DNA of 64,000 bases from the human T2T-CHM13v2.0 reference genome, Homo sapiens. Positions 44,707-64,000 of this stretch are shown here, in pieces. Numbering within the stretch: position 1 is the stretch's first letter; each line of letters opens with the position of its first letter. The DNA lies in NCBI RefSeq assembly GCF_009914755.1, contig NC_060940.1, one strand, 5' to 3'. A program made the translations under genes and the position numbers. The notes under the pieces were generated by a model that was given only the letters and a program-made list of their open reading frames with translations, was not told where the DNA came from and searched no databases.

Positions 44707-45978
44707 TCACTACTAGAAGTTCCCTTGCTGTGTCCCCAAAACAAAGGAACTGTCTGTCCCCCCCAAAGACAAACTCAAGCCTCTACCCCTATGTAAAACA
44801 AAGAATGATTTGAATGGTTGCAATTCTAGGTTATTTATTTATAGGCGTCTATGAACTTCCTGGTGGAGGTTTAAGAAATGTTGGACCATTTATCTTTACT
44901 CGGTTATGAAGCTTAGAGTGATGTGGGATCCACTTTAAGAGAAAGGGTGGAGGCAGGGCCTGGATGTGCCAGCCCCAGAGCCCAGGCTGTAACCACTGCC
45001 CCATCCTGCTGTTTTACCCCCGGGCAGGAATCCTCTGATCAGCTTCACTTTCTCTTAGTTTTTCCTTATGACACTGTGATGTACTTCCAAATCACCAGGC
45101 TCTTGTCCACATGAACACTCTGGTTCAGAGGGTGGGAGAGGATTCGTACCCCCAAAAGCTCCCAGCTGGGCTGTCAGACCCAGGACCTCACTCTCAGTGG
45201 CAAGACCTTGGCCCAGTTCTTCTCAGTCCTGGCTGCTCATGAGAATCACCTGAGTCAAAAAAAAAAAAAAAAAAAAAAAATTAGGTGCCTGGGTCCTCTC
45301 CTGGACCAATTCAATTAAGTGAGAATCACTGGGTCTGGAGGCTGAAGCAGGCTCAGACCATTGCTAAACAGGGTGGGAGGAGATGTCAGAAACACTGAGG
45401 ATAGAATCTCCGGGTGGCCATGTCATCTTAGAGAAATCACTTAGTTTTTCTGCATCTTGGTTTCTGCATCTGTGAGATGAAGGGCTCTTAATAGTCTCCA
45501 CCTGTTAGAGCTGAGTGAGACGCAACCAACTGGACTCAGCCAGTGCCCGGGAGGGGTCAGGTGTTGTGGTTTTAATTTAAAAGGGCTTGAAGGAGATTTG
45601 GATCAAGAAAGCAAACCTGATCTCCAGTTACTCGTTATTCCTTTGGTGAGTACGAATGCGGTGAAAACATGAAAATATGCCTGTTTCTTTCTACTCTCTT
45701 TCCTCAATGTACCAAGTGGTTCTTGAAGTGTTGTCCAGAGAACCTCTCTGGAGGTCTGCAGGATCAAAACTGTTTGCATAATAGCACTAAGACCTTATTT
45801 TCCGCTTTTACCGTCATTCTCTCACGAGTGTACAGTGGAGTTTCCCAGTGGCTTTTGGAGATGTGATGTTGCAACAGGCCGATGGCGGGAGCAGGCGTGA
45901 CAGTCCCGCTGTCCTCTATTAAGTCAGATATTTCGGAGGTTCTCAAAAATGTAAACTATTGCTGTGCTTCTCACTAAT

Positions 45979-46387
45979 TTTCACGCACGTCCATGTGAAA
46001 GACCACCAAACAGGCTTTGTGTGAGCAGTAAAACTTTTTAATCACCTGGGTGTAGGCGGGCTGAGTCCGAAAAGAGTCAGTGAAGGGAGATAGGGGTGGG
46101 GCCATTTTATAGGGTTTGGGTAGGTAAAGGAAAATTAGTCAAAGGGGGTTGTTCTTTGGCAGGCAGGGGCGGGGGTCACAAGGTGGCCAGGAGAAGGAAT
46201 TTCACAAGGTTAATCGCTCAGTTAAGGTGGGGCAGGAACAAATCACAATGGTAGAATGTCATCAGTTAAGGCAGGAACCGGCCATTTTCACTTCTTTTGT
46301 GATTCTTTACTTGCTTCAGGCCATCTGGACATATAGGTGCAGGTCGCAGGGGATACAGTGGATTAGCTTGGGCTCAGAGGCCTGACA
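45979..46387 (-). mobile_element. Solo LTR7-family LTR (HERV-H), inserted in a Charlie-like hAT element
   Basis: Reverse strand reads TGTCAGGCCTCTGAGCCCAAG...GACGTGCGTGAAA; 5-bp TSD ctaat; TATAAAA at 46111-46105. Confidence 0.93.
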
Positions 46388-46569
46388 CTAATGGCTTTTT
46401 CCTTTAGAAAATACAGTTATTCTTCATAAAAAAGCTTTTATGTTAACATGTAATAGGTTTATTGTATGAATATTTTTAAATTTCCTTGGCTTTAATTTGA
46501 AATAGGGTGAATATTGGTAGGTATTTACTCGGTACTTACCTACTAATATTACCTCCTCCAAGTCCTTTA

Positions 46570-47449
<880 letters not shown>

Positions 47450-48131
47450 CAGGCACTGTTCTAAACACTTTGTATACACACACACGCATACAAATAAACT
47501 TTCTGATTCTCATGACAATCCTATAATGTGTACTATATCCCCATTTTACAGAAGTGCAAATCGAGGCACAGGGAGTTGCTCAAGTCCCCTGACAGAGGCC
47601 ATGGGCCTGGGCTTCGTGTGCAGAAGAGCCTCCTCTAGAGGTCCTCCTGCCAGTTGGACCTTGTCTCTGTTCTGTCCCACTGCTGGGAAGGGGAGAGTCC
47701 TCTTCCTCCTCCTCCTCCTCCTCCTCTCTCTCTCTGTTTTCACATTTCTTACTGAGGGCTTGGCCCAGCCAACTGTGAAAGATTGTACCAGACAGGGCAG
47801 GCTGAGGTGGGAGCCGCGAGGTGGGGAAGGGAGCCTGAGGTGACTCGAGTTACATAAGGGCCCCTGGGACAGGGGACAGTTATATAATGGTGGGGAGAGG
47901 AGGGCAGGGATGGCGCAGTGAGTCAGGGCTAGGGAAGACACTGGGAGCTGGAAGAGGAAAGAGGAGGACAGGGCAGAGGAAATTGTCCGTTGCTAGCCAG
48001 GGTGGCTGCCATGCAGGAGGAAACCGGGACAGGGGATCGGGGCAGTTCTTCCATCCTGTTGCTGCCCCCAATGCCAGGGCCCCTGCCCTCACAGGCTCCA
48101 TCCTCCACTCTCCTGGCCCCACTGAGTACAG

Positions 48132-49900
<1,769 letters not shown>

Positions 49901-50410
49901 TGAGGGTGGGAGGCCCTCTGTACTCAGCCCCTCTGGCTAGGGGAGCAGTGGCTGAGCAGGTGAGTTGACTGTGGTCAGCCCTGGGGCAGTAGGCACAGCA
50001 AGGCAGCCCCACCTGCATGGTAATGGTGGGGGTGGTGGTAGAGACGCAAGAGTACCTTTTCAGACCTTCCTGCGGATTTGATGAACTTTCTTTCCTGACT
50101 CAAAAAAAAAAAAAAAAAAAAATCCACATTGGCTTTTGTCTTCTTCATCGCCCATAAACTTTGTCCTTCTTAACCCATCCCACTTCCCTCAGTTGTTCGC
50201 TAGAGGACGGGGCCCAAACAGGGTAGAGAGAAGTGCCGGGTGAGGGAAGGGCTTGCTCTACCTGAGAGCAGCCTGTGTCTCCGGGGAAGGCAATTTATCT
50301 CCCTCTGCCCTCTGTATGGGGGTGAAGAGTGGCTGTAGGGGTAGATGTGGGAGATGGTGGTGACCTCCAGACTTCAGAGATCCTTATGAGGCAGGACAAT
50401 TGCATGACAA

Positions 50411-50623
50411 GGTGTCTCAGCCAGCTCTGGCTGCTATAACAAAATACCATAGAATGGGTGGCTTAAACAAGCACATTTATTTCTTGGAGGCTGGAAATTC
50501 AAAATCAAGGTGCCAGCATGGGTGGGTTCTGGGAAGGGCTCTCTTCTTGGCTGTAGACGGCTGCCTTCTTGCTGGATAGTGATATGGTGGGGAGATTATA
50601 TATATATATATATATATATATCT

Positions 50624-50669
<46 letters not shown>

Positions 50670-50872
50670 GAGAGAGAGAAAGAGAGTGCGAGCGCATGCC
50701 AGAGAGCTTTGTTTTGTTTCTTATAAGGGCACTAATCCCATCGTGGGGGCCCTGCTCTCATGAGCTCTTCTAAACCTAATCACCTCTCTAAGGCCCCACC
50801 TCCTAATACCATCCCATTGGGGATGAGGGCTTCAACATATGAATTTAGGGGGACACAAACATTCAGTTGATA
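50411..50872 (-). mobile_element. MLT1A-like LTR containing a (TA)n(CA)n(GA)n microsatellite (50597-50685)
   Basis: ctgctataacaaaataccataga...gggggacacaaacattcag. Confidence 0.85.
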
Positions 50873-51489
50873 ACAAGAAATATCTGGGGGATCCAGGTGA
50901 AGCAAGAGGGGATCGGTGTGTGCCCAGTAAGCGGAATTGGAGTCGGGCATGAGAAAGCCACCTGCCGGAGCTGCTCCCCAGGAATACAGCTGGTGGTGCA
51001 GGTGGGCACCTTGGGAAGCAGGCTCTGAGGTGGAGACTGGCACATGGGAAAGGTTTTGGGAGTGCTCTCGGGATCAGCATCCAGGGTGGGAGGAGGCAGC
51101 ACTGGGCAGAGGGACAGGTTGGGCTGCATTGCCTTCCCAGAAGCTCTGGAGCTGGCCTCGTAGAGTTGCCCCACACTGGGGAAGGGGGGCTGAGCCTTCA
51201 TGCCTCACATCAAAGCGGCTGCAGACCCTGGCTGAGTCTGCTCACCTGCTTCCTGAAAGGAAGAGGCTGGGAAGGGACTTGGCCACCAGCAGGTATTCAT
51301 TGTCTCCATTCTCTGTTACTCACTCTTGCTCCCCTTGCCCTTGGCCGTGCCCCCTGCTGACCTCAGTGGTTCACCCAGGGGCTGATCAAGACCTTCGTTG
51401 CTGAGGGTCCTGAGCCCCTGGTCATCATCCCCTCCCTTCTCAGGCTGTGGCTGTTGCGTGTGACCACTTCCCATCAAAAGTGAGCCAGA

Positions 51490-53550
<2,061 letters not shown>

Positions 53551-53929
53551 CTAGGGCTGGAATATCCAAGCTCATCTCTCATGCTCTAGGGCCCTCTTTT
53601 CAAGTGAACTTCTCTCCAGTAGGGTTGGTGGACTTCTTTAGGCCATGATGGCTGGGTTCCAAGAGAGAGTGGTCCAACAGGCCAATCCTCAGAGCAAATC
53701 TGCTGGCCTCCTACGTGCAAACGTCCTATTGGCTGAAGCAAATCCCATGGCCAAGCCACGTCAGTGTGGGAGGGGACCACACAAGGGGGCCCATTTGGGG
53801 GCCGCCAATGTCATTGTCCACAACCGTCACTTGAATCTCTCTTGCAGTCATGTCATAGTAGACAGAGCTGGGCTTGAATCCTACCTCTGCCACATACCAG
53901 CTTGTTAGGGGTTGAATGGTAACCCTTCT

Positions 53930-54862
53930 GCTGTGGTTTGGATATTTACCCCACCTCCGAAACTCATGTTGAAACTTAATCCCCAATGTGATGGTATTGA
54001 GAGGTGGGGCCTTTAAGAGGTGATGAGATCACGAAGGCTCTGCCTTCATGAATGGGTTAATCCACTTATGGATTAATGGGTTAATGGGTTAACGGATTAT
54101 CATGGGAGTGGAACTAGTGGCTTTATAAGAAGAGGAAGAGAGACCTGAATTAGCAAGTGAGCAGCTCAGCCCGCTCACCACGGGATGCCCTGTGCTGCCT
54201 GGGGACTCTGCAAAGGGTCCCCCACCAGCAGGAAGGCCCTCACCACGTGTGCTCCCTTGACCTATGGACTCCCAGACTCCGTAACTGTAAAAAAAAAAAA
54301 AATTCTTTTTCTTTATAAATTACCCAGTTTCAGGTCTTCTGTTATAAGCAACAGAAAATGGATGGAGACACATTCTTCCCAAATGTATATGTTGACATTC
54401 TAACCCCTGGTACCTCAGAATGTGACCTTATTTGGAGAGAGGGTCTTTACAGAGGTCATCAAGATGAAGAGAGGTCATGAGGGTGGCCCTAATCCAATAC
54501 AACTGGAAGTTCATATTCCGGGCGCTTGGCCTGGAAGTTTGGGTTTCATTCCGAGTGAGGGGAAGGCCTTGGAGGGTCACTGGCGTCCTTACGATAAGGG
54601 GAAATTTGGACACAGACAGACACAGAGGGAAGATGAGGTCGAGAGAGAGAGAGAGAGAGACAGAGAGAGAGAAGATGACAATCTACAGTCCAAGGAGAGA
54701 GGCCTTGAATGCGATTTTCCTTTACAGCCCGCAGAAGGAACCAACCCTGCCAATACCTTGATTTTGGACATCTGGCCTCCTGCACTGTAAGCCGATAAAT
54801 GTCTGTTGTTTAAGCCCCACAGTCTGTGGTACTTGGTTATAGCAGCTCTGAATGCTAATCCA
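53930..54862 (+). mobile_element. MSTB-like LTR (53930-54370) followed by an MLT1B-like LTR (54375-54862)
   Basis: ctcatgttgaaacttaatccccaatg...tataaattacccagtttcagg; gaatgtgaccttatttggaga...ttaagccccacagtctgtggtact. Confidence 0.8.
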
Positions 54863-55135
54863 TAGCTATAGGAGGTGAACAAGTCATAGAATTTCTTTGC
54901 ATCCCAGTTTTCTCCTCTGTAACACAGGGCTAATAATAACACCTATATGACTTGATACAGCAACTTACAAGCACTTGTTACTTAGCAGGCACTGTCCCAG
55001 GCCCTTGGTATACAGGAGACAGATGACATTTCTGGTCTCATGGAGCTTACCTTCATGACAGACAGAAAATAAGCAAGTAAATACAATAATTGAGATAATT
55101 TGAGATAGCGATAAATGCTAGGAAGAAAATAAAAT

Positions 55136-56132
<997 letters not shown>

Positions 56133-56289
56133 TGATCTTTGGATTAAGAAAACCACTCCAGCTGCTGGGTGGAGAATGGTCCGGGAGCACCAAAGCAGAA
56201 ACTGGAGATCAGGTGGGAGGCTATGCAGATATCAGAGGACTTCCACCCAACCTGAGCTGCTGGCTGACCTTGACTTTCTCTGTCCCTTC

Positions 56290-58440
<2,151 letters not shown>

Positions 58441-58772
58441 AGTATCTCCTTAAAAGAGCCTAGACCAGCTGGGAGACCTTGACTTCACCACCCGGCAGGC
58501 CTGGCCTCCTCACTGCCATGCCTCTGATCCTCCGTTATGGGTCAAAATTGTCCACCAAACCCAAGGGAATCAGGAGAAAGAGAGGTGGGCTCAGTGAACC
58601 ACACCCATTGGCTGAGAGTGGAGCGTGCCTGCTGATACCCACACAGTCCTTCGATGCCGGTGCAATAGTGTCCAGCACGGGGTGAAGCATTTATTTTTAC
58701 AAAACATTTCAGAGAAAAATAGCATTAGAAAGAATCTCTGCTGACCGGGACTGCGTTTAACAAGATATGTAA

Positions 58773-59058
<286 letters not shown>

Positions 59059-59359
59059 GTATGTGTATCATTCAACCACAAATACCTGCTTCATGCTTTC
59101 CAATGTGTTAAGTAGGCACCTGTATTAGTTTTGTGGGGCTGCCACAACCAACTACCACAAACCAGGTGGCTTAAAACAATGGAGATGTATTCTCTCACAG
59201 TTCTGGAGGCCGGAAGTCCACAATCAAGGTGTCTCCAGGGCTGTGCTCTCTTCGAAGGCTCTGGGTGAGAATCCCTCTTTGCCTCTTCCAGCTTCTGGGG
59301 GCCCCAGGTGTTCCTTGACTTGTGGCTGCGTGGGTCCTCTCTTCATCTTTTTTTTTTGA

Positions 59360-59578
<219 letters not shown>

Positions 59579-59611
59579 TGACCTACCCGCCTTGGCCTCC
59601 CAAAGTGCTAG

Positions 59612-60068
59612 TAAGGGAGGAGACCACCCCTCCTATTGTCTTATAACCAATTTCTGCCTCGAAGAAAAAGTAGGAGTTAAAAGACAGAAGTGAAATCAGT
59701 AGTCAGACAGCCCGGCGCTACATTCCAGGCCTGGTAGTTAAAGACTGACCCCGATCTAACTGGTTATGTTATCTATAGATTCCAGACATTGGATGGAAAA
59801 GCACTGTGAAAACCTCTGTCCTGTTCTGTTCCATTCTGATTACCAGTGCATGCAGCCCCCAGTCACATATCCACTGCTTGCTCAATGATCACGACCCTCT
59901 CACTCGGACCCCCTTAGAGTTGTAAGCCCTTAAAAGGGACAGGAATTGCTCATGTGGGAAGCTTGGTTTTTGGAGACATGAGTCTGCCGATGCTCCCAGC
60001 TGAATAAAGCCCTTTCCTTCCACAACTCCGTGTCTGAAGGGTTCTTGTCTGTGGCTCGTCCTGCTACA
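59612..60068 (+). mobile_element. Solo LTR2-family LTR (HERV-E/Harlequin) inserted in an antisense AluS (59348-60102)
   Basis: taagggaggagaccacccctc...gctcgtcctgctaca; 4-bp TSD ctag splitting the Alu motif caaagtgct|gggattacag; AATAAA at 60003. Confidence 0.9.
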
Positions 60069-60817
60069 CTAGGATTACAGGCGTGAGCTACCGTGCCCGG
60101 CCCTCTCTTCATCTTATATCAGTTACTAGACTTACAGCCTATCCTTACCCAATATGACTTCATCTTTTTTTTTTTTGGAGACAGGGTCTGGCTCGGTTTC
60201 CCAAGCTGGCATGCAGTGGCATGATTGCGACTCACTGTAGCCTCTACTTCGTGTGCTCAAGCAATCCTCCCAACTCAGTCTCCCCACCTCCCCCGTGCGC
60301 GCCACTTTTGAATCCTGCAACGGGTTTGCCTCTGAGCCCGTGGTGAGCTTCCCGCAGGGCCCTGGAAGTGGCCTGCAGTGAAGCACAGGGGCCACAGGGT
60401 GGCAGTGTTTCCTGCGGATGTGGCTCTCACCCAGTTCAGGGGCGCTCAAGGCGTAATTGGTTAATGCAGGTCTGTTTCTCTTTGTCCTTGAAAAGACAGC
60501 AACTTTGAGCTCCAAGGAGCAGTCTTCTTTGTGTTTTACGGCTTTTTGAGTCTCTACTTTCCGCCTCCCCGGGATGAGGAATGGTGTGGGAGGAGAGTAG
60601 GACTCTCCCGCGGGGGACTGCTGAGATGATCACAGTTTTAGGGTATGGGGTGTGATAAGGCACTTGAGACTCAGAGAGGGGAAGTAAGTAATCCAAAGTC
60701 ACACAGCTGAGTGGTACCTGAACTGCATCTTCTGATCCTTGCATCAGTTCCTGTCCGCTATGCCACTTGGTCAGCCTTCACAGGCCGGGATGCAAATGGA
60801 GACATTGGGGTTGGGAT

Positions 60818-61215
60818 TTTCACTCGCGTCCGTGTGAAGAGACGCGAGTGTGAGAACAAAGCTGTTTATTTCACCTGGGGGCAGGCGCGCTGAGTCCGAA
60901 AAGAGAGTCAGCAAAGGCAGACAGATGTGGGGCTGTTTTATAGGATTTGGGTAGGTAGTGGAAAATTACAGTCAAAGGGGGTTGTTCTCTGGCGGGCAGG
61001 GGTGGGGATCACAAGGTGCTCAGTGGGAGAGTTTTTGAGCCAGGATGAGCCTGGAGAAGAAATTTCACAAGGTAATGTCATCAGTTAAGGCAGGAACAGG
61101 CCATTTTCACTTCTTTTGTGATTCTTCAGTTACTTCGGGCCATCTGGGCCATCTGGATGTATGCGTGCTGGTCACAGGGGATATGATGGCTTAGCATGGG
61201 CTCAGAGGCCTGACA
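60818..61215 (-). mobile_element. Solo LTR7 (HERV-H)
   Basis: Reverse strand reads TGTCAGGCCTCTGAGCCC...GACGCGAGTGAAA; 5-bp TSD gggat; TATAAAA at 60942-60936; AATAAA retained. Confidence 0.93.
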
Positions 61216-61383
61216 GGGATGGAGGATGGGGAAGGGAAAGATGCTGAATGAGCACTGGGTCAAGAGTCCAGAAATATAAGCTTCACTCCCAGCGCATGAG
61301 AAGTGGAATTGGGAAGGTGGTCAGTCCTTGCTGCTGGGATAGACCCTGGACTCGGTTTTCTTATCTGTAAAATGGAAATAAAA

Positions 61384-63917
<2,534 letters not shown>

Positions 63918-64000
63918 TATCGCAGGGATCTTTTAAAGTTGTTCTATGCACTCATACTGTGTTGGGAATACTTATACCAATAAAAAATGTGTTCCATTGC

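Overview
Primate, almost certainly human, genomic DNA from the IQCK/GPRC5B tail-to-tail locus (16p12.3, recognised from the encoded proteins). The complete GPRC5B gene lies on the minus strand: a CpG-island first exon ending at 37497, coding exons at 25637-24608, 14765-14629 and 13336-13292 (403 aa, class C orphan GPCR), and a proximal poly(A) signal at 11786-11781. The sequence also supports an upstream in-frame coding first exon (38364-37973) and a distal alternative last exon (11337-11290, EMVTHPRSLESFGAF*) whose 3' UTR would run antisense through the IQCK 3' UTR. The last coding exon of IQCK is on the plus strand (9279-9340). The rest is intronic or upstream DNA rich in Alu, MIR, L1/L2, MER and MaLR elements, with two solo LTR7 (HERV-H) and one solo LTR2. 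The most interesting observations are: a last-exon switch that would add or remove a PTAP ESCRT motif, flanked by a GCAUG cluster; a three-octamer array with 11-bp phasing; a layered 5' leader; and several local rearrangement scars, including a ~1-kb inversion, a ~208-bp inverted duplication and a 55-bp templated insertion. Most ORFs in the supplied track are Alu-derived or GC-shadow artefacts. Repeat subfamily names come from recall of consensus sequences and their boundaries are approximate.
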